The notes below the pieces were generated by a model, which saw only the letters and a list, made by a program, of their open reading frames with translations, was not told the origin of the DNA and made no database searches. From positions 85,462 to 149,461 of the forward strand of contig QPMI01000562.1 of assembly GCA_004431415.1 (NCBI GenBank): a stretch of 64,000 nucleotides of DNA, given 5' to 3'. Positions 1 to 11,138 of this stretch are shown here, piece by piece. How positions within the stretch are numbered: the stretch's first letter is position 1; each line of letters starts with the position of its first letter. The DNA is from Cyanophora paradoxa CCMP329 (taxonomy: Eukaryota > Plantae > Glaucophyta). Made by a program: the position numbers and the translations under genes.

Positions 1-895
1 GGAACGTCTCTGCAGCTGGGGGCGCCTTGTTTCGGTCTTTGAGCAACGGCACGGGCAGCGTCCGGACAGTCTGCTTCACGCCCGACGGCGCCTCAGTGCT
101 GGCAGCGGGCCCGGGCTCGGTCGCGCGGCTCTGGCGAGTCAGCGACGGAGCTCTTCAGCTTGGCCTCAAGCATCCCGATGGGGTCTCTGTGTATGCAGGC
201 GCTGTTTCGCCGGACGGAGCTCTCGCCGTGACTGGCACGACTGTTGCGCTGGCGTATGTCTGGTCCCTCAGCAACGGCGGCTCGCAGCTGCGTTCTCTGA
301 ACAATCACTCGGACGCAATTACGGCAGTCGCCTTTGCTCCCGGATCCAGCGATGTCGTTGCCACAGCGTCGCTCGATAACACTGTCGTCCTGTGGAACGT
401 CTCCTCCGGAGCCGTTCTTCGGGTGCTCAGGGGCCACACGGACTGGATCTACGGCATCGCGTTCGTTCCGCGCGCTGCGCTGCTCGTCAGCGTCGCGAAC
501 AGAAATGATCCTCAACGGATCCGCACGTGGTCAACGTCGACTGGCGCTCAACGATGGGCGAGCTTTGCAACTGCGGGCTTGGGTGCAGTTCACTCGGTCG
601 CCGCCGCAGCTAATGGGTCTATGTGCATTACTGCAGGTGCGATCAATTTGAACATTATTTCTGTATTGCAATTGGTTAATTCTTCTGAGAACGCGACCGC
701 GACTTTGCGTCGATTAGGAGAGGACGGGCGCGTGCGTTTCTGGAGCGTCGAGAGTGGCGCGGAGCTACCAGGATTCCGCCCGATCGAAATCAACTCCTTT
801 CAGTCCTCGACTCCGCAACCGGTCAACATTCGGTCTGTCGCATTGTCTCATAACGACACGTTTGCTGCAACTGGCGACGAGAAGGGCAACGTCAC
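1..895 (+). CDS. Host gene part 1: WD40-repeat region (starts upstream of window; interrupted by element 1)
   Basis: Repeated WD40 signatures (HSDAITAVAF..ATASLDNTVVLWNV, GHTDWIYGIAF). Probable 81-bp GT-AG intron at 637-717 gives ITAG/EDGRVRFW. Last repeat GDEKGNVT is completed by IWDL at 13218. Confidence 0.9.
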
Positions 896-1211
896 TCGGG
901 ATTTGCGCTCTCAATGCGTAAATCGAGTTTTGCGCCGACGGAATGCGAACAAAGAAGACCGTAGCCGAGCGCCAGGCACGAAAGAGCTGAGCGACTCGCT
1001 AGCCGCGGAGCGGCGCGAGGCGAGCACGGGATAAGCAGCAGGCTGCAGCGAGCGTCCCGCAAGGGACTAGCTGAGCTAGCCGTTGGGCCGAGCCGGCGGG
1101 CTTGAAGCCGCCGAGCGCCGGGGGGTACGCTGATTCGGGGTTTCCCTTCACGCCCAGCTTCGCTCGCGGCCGCCCCAGGCCACGAAGCGACCAGCGGCGA
1201 AGCGAAATCGC
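896..1211 (+). repeat. Split direct repeat A1 (316 bp)
   Basis: Matches 11692-12007; about 96% identical to the inverted copies at 17742-18057 and 27790-28105. Confidence 0.95.
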
Positions 1212-2859
1212 CACAGCCAGCACTTCTAGCACGCCAGCTCACCATGTCGGCACGACCGCCGACCATCCCAGCTCTTCCGGCCACGGGCCTCCCAGGCGTC
1301 AACTGGAGCCCACTAGCCGAAGATTACCTGCGGCGCAACCGCGCAGCAGCAACCGTGCAGCAGTTCTGCGTAGACGGCTGGCCCGAAGGCACCCTCTCAC
1401 CAGCAATCCTGCCGGAATCGTCGGCGGGTGGCGGTTCCCGCTTAGATTTGGTTCCTTACTGCCACGGCGGTACGTAGGTTCACGACCGGGCTCGCCCGCC
1501 TCGCTAGCGTATAGCGAAGGCTATTCCGGGGGCCCATCGTCAATCCGCGGCCGCCGGCCTCTCTTTTCCGTTTAAGCGGCTACCGCACCTCGCCACCTGA
1601 TTCCCGGCGGTTGGCTGACCACCACCTGCGCGCATGTCGAGACCGCCTCGACGCGACGGCCGGCCGCGCATCATCGGCGCCCCGGCGGCTTCCGCGCAGG
1701 ATCGCCTCGGCCCGCGTGCGCTCGCGCTGTAGGCCCACCTCCGTCGATCGGGGCTGGGTCTCACAGCTCCCCGGCGGCCGGTGCCCGGGCCGCTCGCGCG
1801 ACCCGGGGAGACGACGGAGTACGGTCCTCGCGTGCGCCTCGCGCTGCGGGACGGCCCGCGAGCGTGCGCGCTGTGGGCCCCAAACTCGGAGTTCGGAGGC
1901 CGCGCGCGACCCTCGCTGTGGCCCGACCCGCCTCGGCGGATTCCGGCGATTCGCGTACCCCGACCTGGAGAGAAAGTAGGTAGCGGGCTCCTGCCCGCTG
2001 GGCGCCTCTCCGGCTGCCGCGAATCGCCTCGGCGGTGCCTTTAGCCCTCCTCTAGCTGGTTAGCCGCGCGTCCGTTAGGAATCCGCTCCGTGGGTCGGTT
2101 CGGCGAGCTACTCCAGCGGACACCAGCGGCGGCTTCAGCAGCTGCTCTCTCGTTCAGCCCAAGCACTTCTCTGCGGCAGCGATCGGCCGCCCGCGGCTAT
2201 GGGGCCGGCGACCTGCGCTGCGCCCGCGCAGATGATCGTCGGTCGTGTGAGTGCACGCCCGCGTCGCGGCCGTGGGCGTCGCGGCCGCACAGATGCTTGG
2301 ATTCCTGGCGAGGCGACGTGCTTCTGAGCACTCGGGCGGCCCGGGCCTCCCAACCCCGCCGCAGCGGACTCCGCGCGCGCGCGCGCCAGCTGGAGGAGGT
2401 ATCTCTCGGCCGAGGAGCACAGGTCGCCGGCTGCGGCCGGCGATGCTGTGCGCCCGCCGGTTTTCACCCGGGCTCTCACGGGCTCCGGTTTCCGGCCCTC
2501 CCTGGGGTTAGTCGGCCTTGCTCTCTTAGTGCGCTTCTTCCCTGCCAAATTGAGGGCTATAGTTCAGGCTCAGCCGCTTCGACCTCATCCTCGCTTATAC
2601 ATCGGTCCTCTCTGTAGGCGCCCTTGTCCTGAGGGGGGTTATAGTAGCTCTGCTCTGCTTCGGCTCTCTAGGCAGGTGTAGGCAGTGTTTCTAGGCAGGT
2701 ATAGGCCCCTTTCTCCAGTACAATAGCTCCACCCGGTCCGATGTCCGAAAGGCTTGTTCCCGTAGGCTCATCTCTCGACTTGACACAGATGGACACTGCA
2801 GTCATATCCCTAGCCATTTGTCTCGGTGTGTGCGAATTCATTTGTATGTCGGCGGATTC

Positions 2860-4170
2860 CGGCCGCACCGCGGCCGGCGAACTCCCATCAGGGCACGGTT
2901 CTCGCGAGCACCTCGCTGTGAGACGGGCCCGCGGGCGCGTCGCGCTGTGGGCCCCCGTGCTAGGAGTTCCGGGGCCGCGTGCATTCCGCTGTGGCCCCGG
3001 GCCGCGACCGCGGCACCGGCCGCTCCCGCGGCCGGCTACTCCCAACCTGGCCTTCAACCCCGCGTGCGCCTCGCGCTGCGGGACGGCCCGCGGGCGCCTC
3101 GCGCTGCGGGCCCTCTACTCGGAGTTCAGAGGCCGGAGGCCGCGCGCGACCTTCGCTGCGGCCCACCCCGTCCCCAACGGAGTCCGGCCGCGCCCGCGGC
3201 CGGCGAACTTCGACCAGGAGCACGGGTCTCGCGAGCACTTCGCTGTGAGACTGCCCGCGAGCGCCCAGCGCTGTGGGTCCCGTGCACGGAGTTCCGGGGC
3301 CGCGTGCGTCCCGCTGTGACCCCGGGCTGCGACCGCGGCGCCGGCCGCCCCTGCGGCCGGCAACTCCCAACCCGGCCTTCACCCCGCGTGCGCCTCGCGC
3401 TGCGGGACGGCCCGCGGGCGCCTCGCGCTGCGGGACGGCCCGCGGGCGCCTCGCGCTGCGGGCCCTCTTCTCGGAGTTCGGAGGCCGCGCGCGACCCTCG
3501 CTGCGGCCCACACCGTCCCCGACGGAGTCCGGCCGCACCTGCGACCGGCGAACTTCGACCAGGAGCACGGGTCTCGCGAGCGCATCGCTGCGAGACCGCT
3601 CGCGAGCGCTCGGCGCTGTGGGCCCCGTGCAAGGAGTTCCAGGGCCGCGCGCGTCTCGCTGTGGCCCCGGGCCGCGACCGCGGCGCCGGCCGCTCCGCGG
3701 CCGGCAACTCCCAACCTGGCCTTCAACCCCGCGTGCGCCTCGCGCTGCGGGACGGCCCGCGGGCGCCTTGCGCTGCGGGCCCTCTACTCGGAGTTCGGAG
3801 GCCGCGCGCGACCCTCGCTGCGGCCCGCCCCGTCCCGACGGAGCCCGGCCGCGCCGGCGGCCGGCGAACTTCGACCAGGAGCACGGGTCTCGCGAGCGCC
3901 TCGCTGCGAGACCGCCCGCGAGCGCTCGGCGCTGTGGGCCCCGTGCAAGGAGTTCCGGGGGCCGCGTGCGTCTCGCTGTGGCCCCGGGCTGCGACCGCGG
4001 CGCCGGCCCTCCCCTCGACCGGCAACTCCCACCCTGGCGTTCAACCCCGCGTGCGCCTCGCGCTGCGGGACGGCCCGCGGGCGCCTCGCGCTGCGGGCCC
4101 TCTACTCGGAGTTCGGAGGCCGCGCGCGACCCTCGCTGCGGCCCGCCCCGTCCCCGACGGAGTCCGGCCC
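2860..4170 (+). repeat. GC-rich tandem array; ~316-bp unit made of two diverged ~158-bp monomers (a further monomer at ~1780-1950)
   Basis: cttcgaccaggagcacgggtctcgcgagc recurs at 3208, 3553 and 3869. Homologous to the 160-bp array of element 2. Confidence 0.85.
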
Positions 4171-4249
4171 CGCCAGCCAGCGCTGACGCCCCGCCCCGCG
4201 GCCGCGCCACGGCAGTGCCGCCGCCACCAAACCCCACTAGACCCTCGCT

Positions 4250-7200
4250 CGGGGCCTCCTCCCGCCACCTCGCTGCGTCGCTTACGACGATCCGCAGGCC
4301 AGAACCTGCTGGCGGCCGAGTTGCTCGACAAGTCCCCCCCTTTCACGAAGGCGGGGATGCGGGCCTGGGTCTACTGGCGCGACCTGCCGCGGCGCTCCCG
4401 CTTCCTCGCGTGCAGCAAGTTTCTCCGCCTCACCGGCTACTTCCCGCCGTTCCCCTTCGCGGGCTCTCAGACAGTCCCGCGCCTCGCGGTACGCCGCGCC
4501 GGGCGCACCCGCGCAGGCGGCTCTCATTCCGCGCCAGTTCTCCGACGACCCCGAGTTCGACGCCTCGCACGCTTTTCTTGCCGGGCTCGTGCCGGTCTAC
4601 GTGATCCGCGTCATCGGCCAGTCGCGCGGGTCGATCTGCGTCGCGATCCACTCCAAGGACGACTACTCGGGCCTCGAAGCCACCGGCGTCAACCTCGCCG
4701 ACCTGGGCATCACCCAGGAGGAGTGGGGCACACTCCACTCCCGCCTCGGCGACGTCCCCACGGTCCTTCACGCCCTCCGGGCCTTCGGTCCCACCGGCGC
4801 GCGCCAGCTCGAGCTCTTCGAGTTCCACACGCTCGCCTACCCGCTCGGCGTTCCGCTCGTCTTCCCGGCCGCGAGTTTTGACGACGACGCGGCCTGGCGG
4901 TACGCCGGCGCGGCGCGTTTCTTCCTCTTCTCCCGCCGGCTCACCGCGGACACACAGCGTCACGCACGAACTCCTGCCGTGGGAATTCGCGGCCGGCCTC
5001 GCGGGCGCCGGCATGATCCACGCCTGGCTTCACGACTCGGTACGGCCGCGGTCGATATCCCGCCGAACCGACCTCACGGCCTTGCAGGAGAAACAGAAGT
5101 TCTCCAAGACGTTTGGAACCGGCCTGCAGCCCTGGTTCCGCGACTTCGTGCGGGCCTTCACCGGGCAAGAACAGGGCGCGGCCTCCGGCATCGCGGAGCT
5201 GCGCACCGCCCTGCGCAGCGACTACGCCGCCGCCCTTGGCCTTTGCCCCGGCCCGTCGCGGGCCGCGCCGTCCCGCTCCTGGCCGGCAAGCCTTCAGCCG
5301 CTGGACCTGCCCGACAGCGAGGTCCGCCTGAACCGCCCTCGCCCGGCACCCCTCGCTACACCTCACTCCGGCATAGATTCCATGGGACCAGCTCGTTGAG
5401 CCCTGGGGTCTCGCGGAGACGCACTTCCATCTCGGGGCGATCGAGGAGGCCTGGAACTCCCCGGGCAGGAAGGGCCGTAGCCTCTACGCTCGGCCCGCCC
5501 GTGGGTCAACTCGGCTGCGCAAACCAGCGGCCGACGTCATCGACGTCGACGCCGGCGCCGACGCCCCAGCCCCCGCCGAGCCGGTCGCCCCCGCCTCGGG
5601 CTCCGCCCCCGGCGCCTCCAGCTCGTCCGCCCCGCCACCGGCGCCGGCGAAGCGCTCGCTTCCTCCGACGGGACGGAAGCGCGTACCGCCCCCGCTGAAG
5701 GCGGCGGACGCCGCGACCGGCGGCGACGGCTCGGCCCCGCCTCCGGCGGAGAAGCCGAAGAAGACGAAGGCGCCGGCGCAGCCGCGCCGCACGGCCCCGT
5801 CCAAGCCCGCCTCCTCCGCCGAGGAGGAGGCGCCTGAGGAGCCGGCCCCGCGCCCGGCCAAGCCGGCGAAGCGCAAGCGCCGCCCGGTCGTCCCGGAAGA
5901 CGACTTCTCCGACGACTCCTGGGGCCCGCCCCAGCGGCGCCGCGCGGCCACACCCCCGCCGCCCGCTTCGGGCGACGAGGGCGAGGAGTCCGACGACGAC
6001 TCGGACCCCGACCCGGAGCCCAAGGTCGTGGCGGCCGCCCGAAGCGGCGCTCCGCCACCAAGGAGATCGTGCGGCTCCCACCGCCCCTCACGGAGTCCGA
6101 GCGCCTGGCCGCCATCCAGCGCTCCCGCGAGGAGGCCCAGGCCGCCGCCGGCGCGAAACCGCTCGCGGCGGCCGCCCGCCATCTGCTGGCCGTCCTCCCG
6201 CCCCCGTCGGCAACACCCGCGGCGCAGCCCGCTCCGCACTACGCGCCCCACGCCGCCACCCAGCCGCCCAGGCGCCGCCCCAGCCCCGGCCGGGCCCCCG
6301 TTCGTCCCACCGGCCGACCCCTGGGCCGCCACGCGCGCGGCGCTGCTGGCGGGCAACGGCCCGCCGGACCTCGTCTGGCTCGCCCAGCACGCCGCGGCCG
6401 CCGCATCGCCCGCGACGGGAACGTGGGCCCCACAGGCCGGCTTCCAGCTTGCCGCACCGACCCCCGCAATCGCCGCGGGGACAGCCCCCACCCAGACCGG
6501 GCCCCGGCCGGCGCCGCTGCAGCCGGGGACGCGCAGAGCCAGCGCGACCACCGCGAGTCGCGCCGCGACCGCGCCAAGGACCGGTCCGCCGGCAAGGACC
6601 GCCGCAAGTCCTCGCCGGCAACCAAGTCGGCCGGCAGCAAGCACGCCCGCTCCGCCTCCCCGCCCCCGAGCCGGAAGTCCGCCGCGTCCGGCGACCCGTC
6701 CGACGCGGACGACTCCAGCTCCGCCTCGTCGGGCGCCAGCCTCCCCGAGTCAGATTCCGACTCCTCCTCCGAGGCCTCCGCCGTTCCCTCACGGAAGGAG
6801 GCGAAGCGGGCAAAGCCGTCGGCCGCGGAGCCGGCTGGCCGCCTCCCGGCCGACCTCGTTCGCCCCGCCAACCTCGTCGGCCTCCAGCTGCCCGCCGCGG
6901 AGACTGGCCTGCACACCGCGGCCACCGAGCTCGCCGAGCGCCTCCGCCAGATCGAGCAGGGCTTCACCAACTACCTCATGCCCGGCGGCAACAACATCGC
7001 GGGCAGCGCCGCCGGCGCGGTCGATCGCCAAGTCGCGCCCATGATCGCGAACTTCGGCCTCTTCTGCATCCGGGAGACGCTCGAGTTCTGCTGGGCCCTC
7101 GTGACGCAAGGGCTCGCCCAGGCCAACGTGCAGAACGCCATCGGCCTCGTCGCGCGCATCGGCGAGATCCGTGCCCGCATGCCGGGCGGCGCCTGTGGCC

Positions 7201-7756
7201 GCAGCGGCGAGCTCCTCCGCGAGTGGGACGCCCTCACGCGGCCGCTGTACCACCGCCTGCGGGAGGCCGTCCGCGCCCTCTCGGTCCTCCGGGCCTACAT
7301 GCGGCCCTCCGCGGACCTCACTCGCTCTCTCAACCAGGCGGGCCAGGCGGTCGCGGCCTGGCCCGACTCGGCGAAGCTCCTGCGCAGCTCCTCCGGCCGC
7401 GGCACGTCGTCGTTCCTGCAGAACCCGCCCCTCGGCCCCCACGAGCTGCGCAAGTTCGACAAGCAGGCGACCGCCACCCTCGCGGTCGGCACGCCCGAGG
7501 CCATGACGGCCGCCTTCCTGGCCGCCGGAGGTTCCCTCCCGCCCGCTCTTCCGAGACCTTCCATCGACGCCTCGCGCGAGCAGGCTCGGAGCGCCGCGAG
7601 CGCCGCGAGCGCGGCGGCCGGAAGCACGGCCGCGGCGCCAAGCAGCTCCGCGCGCGCGCCGCCGACGACGAGGAGCCCAAGGACCGCGGGGACTCCGACG
7701 AGGACCGCCCCAAGAAGGGCAAGAAGCCCAAGGGCGGCAAGCGCGGCAAGGACTAG
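4250..7756 (+). CDS. Retrotransposon ORF1 (putative Gag-like), broken by several frameshifts; start uncertain
   Basis: Coding-like segments hop between frames (LLAAELLDKSPPF.., VYVIRVIGQ.., WFRDFVRAF.., acidic/Pro-rich linker, ELAERLRQIEQGFTNY..). Ends with basic KKGKKPKGGKRGKD-TAG at 7756, in the position of ORF1 upstream of RT. Confidence 0.6.
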
Positions 7757-7859
7757 CCCGCCCGCCCCTCCGTCCGCGGCTCCCCCGTCGATCCCCGCGT
7801 CGCCCCCAGCCGCTCCCGGGCCTGCGAGCCCGTTCCCCCGTCGTGTACCCGCGTGTACA

Positions 7860-9929
7860 ATGCCACCAGGCATTTCCACCCCCGATCCGTTCGAGCGCTT
7901 GCGCCGCCTGGTGGCGGCGCACGGGGACCCGGGGCCGTACGATTTCGCGGGCGCCGCGGCACGTTTCCGAGCGGGGCAGCTCCAGGACCACGCGCACAAC
8001 TGGCGCGCCTTCTTCCGCCGCGCCGGCACGCAGCTGCCGTCCTGGGTGGGCATCGTGATTAGCAAGGGGTTGCGCCTGCCGCTCCAGACCCTGAACGGCA
8101 TGCCGGTAGCGTCCCCGCTGGACCTACCCCGGATCCGTCCCGAAGGGCCGCGCAACTCGTGCTACCGCACGCCGGAGCACACCGCGTTCGTTGACCGCGA
8201 GGCCGCGAGCATGCTCGCCCTCGGCGTCACACGCGTCGCGACCGAGGAAGACGTCCGCCTGATCCGGCACCGGGCCTCGCTCCTCGTGGTCGACAAAGCC
8301 GGCCCGGACAAGTTCCGGCTCTGCCTCGACGCGACGCCGGTGAACCCGTTCATCCGGCTGCCGACCTTCCGGTACCAGACGCTCGACGAGGTCGCGTCGT
8401 ACCTCACGCCCGGCTGCTGGCTCGTGAAATTCGACCTCAAAAAGGGCTACTACCACATCGCCCTCGAGCCGAGCACGCAGCGCCTGCTCTCTTTCGAGTG
8501 GCGAGGCGTCCTGTACGTCTACCAGGCGCTCTGCTTCGGCGTGAACATCGCGTGCTTCGCCTTCACGAAGTTCACGCGCGCGTTCGCGAAGTACTGGGCC
8601 GCCCTCGGGGTCAAGCTCTGCACGTACATCGACGACGGGCTGTTCATCTGCCCGTCCCGCGAAATCGCGGAGCTCGTGTCGATGCACCTGCGGGCGATCG
8701 CGCCCGACCTCGGCATCACGTTCTCCGAGAAATCGGATTTCACGCCGACCCAGCTCACGGAATACCTGGGCATCGTGATCGACGTGCGCCCCGAGTCCGG
8801 CGTTTTCGCGGTCACCGCGAAAAAGGTCGCGAAGACCCTCGCCCGCGTCGACGAGGCGCTCGACCAGCCCTCTGTCTCGGCCCGCCGGCTCCAGAAGCTC
8901 GCCGGCTCCCTCATCGCCCTCCGCATGGCCTTCCCCGCGGTCCGCCTCATGACCCGGCCCCTGTTCGGCCTCATGTCGACCGCGGACGCGCTCGCCGACC
9001 CGTTCAACGAGTCGCTGGTCACGATTGAGGGCCCCGCGCGCGAGTGCCTCGAGTGGCTGCGCGCCGCCCTCCGCCGCGGCTCGCCCCCGGAGCACCCGAT
9101 CTGGACGCCGCGGTCCTTCTACCGGCTGTTCACCGACGCCTCCGGCTACGGCTACGCCGCCTTCCTGGACAAGGCGGTGTCCTTCGACGCCGGCGCCACG
9201 CGCCAGCGCGAGGCGTGGTCCGTGTTCGGCACGTTCCCGGCGCCCCTGCGCGCCTCCGACGGCCCCATGAAGGCCGGCGACACGAGCAGCAACGAGCGCG
9301 AGCTCCGCGCCATCGTTGCCGCGGCGGACGACCTGTTCCCCCTGCTCCCCGCGGGCGCGCACGTCCTCATCCGATGCGACAACCGCTCGGCGGTCGCCGC
9401 CGTGGCGCGCGGGGGCGGCTCCGCCCGCCTCTTTGACCTGAGCGTCCGCCTCTGGCACCGCTGCGCGGCCCTCGGCGTGTTCATCACCGCCCGGCACCTG
9501 CCGGGCGAGGCCAACGTCTTCGCCGACCGCGGCTCGCGCGACGGCGCCCGCGCCCCGGCTCTGAACCGCTCCCTCCTCGAGCGGTGCCGGCACCTTCTCG
9601 GCCAGCGCGCGGCCGCCCACCACCACGTCGCCTTCGAGGACGACCTCTGGTTGGGCGACTTCCGCCCCGCGGAGCCGACCGTCCTGACGGTCGACTCTCG
9701 CCTCCGCCCGGCGCTGATCGCCGCGCTCCGCGATCGCCCGGCCTCGGCCCCCCTCGGCCTCCTCCTCCCCGTCCAGCCCAGCACGACCTGGTCGGTCGCG
9801 CTGGCGGACCTTCGCGCCCGCGGCGCCTCCGTCGCCCCGCTCGCCGACCTCCCCCCCCACGTCTTCTTCTCCGGGAACATAGGCCTGGGCTCGTCCCCGT
9901 GGCCGCTCGAGCTGACCTTCTGGTCGTAG
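7860..9929 (+). CDS. Reverse transcriptase-RNase H of DIRS type, with a degenerate C-terminal methyltransferase-like remnant
   Basis: RT motifs KFRLCLD, KFDLKKGYYHI, LCFG and YIDD. RNase H motifs FTDAS, NERELRA, RCDN and HLPGEANVFADRGSR. ATG at 7860 is in the frame of ORF 6069..9929. Confidence 0.95.
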   Translation: MPPGISTPDPFERLRRLVAAHGDPGPYDFAGAAARFRAGQLQDHAHNWRAFFRRAGTQLPSWVGIVISKGLRLPLQTLNGMPVASPLDLPRIRPEGPRNSCYRTPEHTAFVDREAASMLALGVTRVATEEDVRLIRHRASLLVVDKAGPDKFRLCLDATPVNPFIRLPTFRYQTLDEVASYLTPGCWLVKFDLKKGYYHIALEPSTQRLLSFEWRGVLYVYQALCFGVNIACFAFTKFTRAFAKYWAALGVKLCTYIDDGLFICPSREIAELVSMHLRAIAPDLGITFSEKSDFTPTQLTEYLGIVIDVRPESGVFAVTAKKVAKTLARVDEALDQPSVSARRLQKLAGSLIALRMAFPAVRLMTRPLFGLMSTADALADPFNESLVTIEGPARECLEWLRAALRRGSPPEHPIWTPRSFYRLFTDASGYGYAAFLDKAVSFDAGATRQREAWSVFGTFPAPLRASDGPMKAGDTSSNERELRAIVAAADDLFPLLPAGAHVLIRCDNRSAVAAVARGGGSARLFDLSVRLWHRCAALGVFITARHLPGEANVFADRGSRDGARAPALNRSLLERCRHLLGQRAAAHHHVAFEDDLWLGDFRPAEPTVLTVDSRLRPALIAALRDRPASAPLGLLLPVQPSTTWSVALADLRARGASVAPLADLPPHVFFSGNIGLGSSPWPLELTFWS

Positions 9930-10897
9930 AGCCGAACGTGGCGGCGGAGGAGCTCGCCGACTGGCAGGGGGCCGCTTTCGCGCCCCGCACCACGGCGGGA
10001 CAGCGGCGCGCGGCGCGCCGGTACTTCGCGTTCACCGCCCGCCACGACCTGGCGCCGGCGGCCGAGCGCTCCGTCCTCCTCTTCCTGGCCGATGCGACCG
10101 CCAGCCGCCGCCGCACGGCGGGGGCGGACCTTGCCCCGAGCACCATCGGCGGCCTGGCGGCCCACATCTGGCGCGAGCTCAAGCTGCGGGGCCTGGTGGA
10201 CCCCGCCCAGCCGCGCTCGTTCATGTACCAGACGGCCTGGCGCGGCATGAAGCGCCGCCTGGGCCGGCCCGTCCAGCAGCGCCGAGCGCTCCTGCCCGGC
10301 GACGTCCGGGCCTGGTTCGACACCTCCTCCTTCGGCAACCGCGCTCCGGCGCAGCGACTCCGCGACGCCGCGCTGCTCGCCGTCGGCATCGCCGGGTTCC
10401 TGCGAGGCGCAGAGCTCGTCGCCCTTCGAATGGGCGACGTCACGTGCGAGACGGAACCGTCCCCTCGCATCGCCCTGCACGTCCGTCGCTCAAAGACCGA
10501 CCAGGAGGCGCGCGGTGCCGTCGTCTACCTGACGCCCGCCCGCCACAGTCCGTCCTGCCCCGTGCGACTGCTCGCGTCCCACCTGAGCGAGAACCGGGCC
10601 GAAGCCCCGGCCACGGCCCCACTATTCCCGCGCCTCTCCGACCCGTCGACCGCGGTCACCGCCGGCTTCCTACGGCGCCTGGTGAAGGAGGTGGCCGGCG
10701 CGGTCGGCCACGACCCCGCGGATTTCTCCGGCCACAGCCTCCGCCGCGGCGGCGCCACGGCTGCGGCCCGCCGCGGCCTGCCGGCGACCTGGATCCGCCG
10801 TCACGGTCGTTGGGCCCTGTACTCCTCGGTTCCCCAGGGGTACATCGAGGATTACCTGTTCCTCCTCTCCTCCGACCTCGCCGACCTCGGCTTTTAG
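9584..10897 (+). CDS. Tyrosine recombinase (YR); open frame overlaps the RT 3' end, true start probably near 9900
   Basis: RDAALL..GFLRGAEL, RRSKTDQ, FSGHSLRRGGAT and HGRW...GYI give the R-K-H-R-W-Y catalytic set. Confidence 0.95.
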   Translation: MPAPSRPARGRPPPRRLRGRPLVGRLPPRGADRPDGRLSPPPGADRRAPRSPGLGPPRPPPPRPAQHDLVGRAGGPSRPRRLRRPARRPPPPRLLLREHRPGLVPVAARADLLVVEPNVAAEELADWQGAAFAPRTTAGQRRAARRYFAFTARHDLAPAAERSVLLFLADATASRRRTAGADLAPSTIGGLAAHIWRELKLRGLVDPAQPRSFMYQTAWRGMKRRLGRPVQQRRALLPGDVRAWFDTSSFGNRAPAQRLRDAALLAVGIAGFLRGAELVALRMGDVTCETEPSPRIALHVRRSKTDQEARGAVVYLTPARHSPSCPVRLLASHLSENRAEAPATAPLFPRLSDPSTAVTAGFLRRLVKEVAGAVGHDPADFSGHSLRRGGATAAARRGLPATWIRRHGRWALYSSVPQGYIEDYLFLLSSDLADLGF

Positions 10898-11138
10898 CCC
10901 GGCGTTGTAGCGTGTTAAAAAAAAATACATTCACGGTTAGCAGTCCTGGCAATCGAGAATGACACGCGAGGGCCCGCGCGGTGCGCGGGCGGAGAAGGAT
11001 AGGGAGCGGGGGATGCTGAGCCGGAGGGGAAGGGGGGCCCATAAAGGGCCCCGCTTTTCTCCCCCCCCGGCCGCTCCAGCGTTTTTTATGATTGGTGCAA
11101 TGTATGCTATTCTGGCTGGCTGTGACCTGACTCTTGTT

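Noticed and set aside
896-1034. C-terminus of ORF 27..1034 as host protein; likewise the N-termini of ORFs 28087 and 40175
   Set aside because: These portions are read-through into or out of element termini.
6069-9929. 1286-aa Gag-Pol fusion as given in the ORF track
   Set aside because: ORF1 sense sequence shifts frame near 7550-7600 and ends at TAG 7756, so the fusion is probably an indel artefact. RT likely starts at 7860 or is reached by frameshifting.
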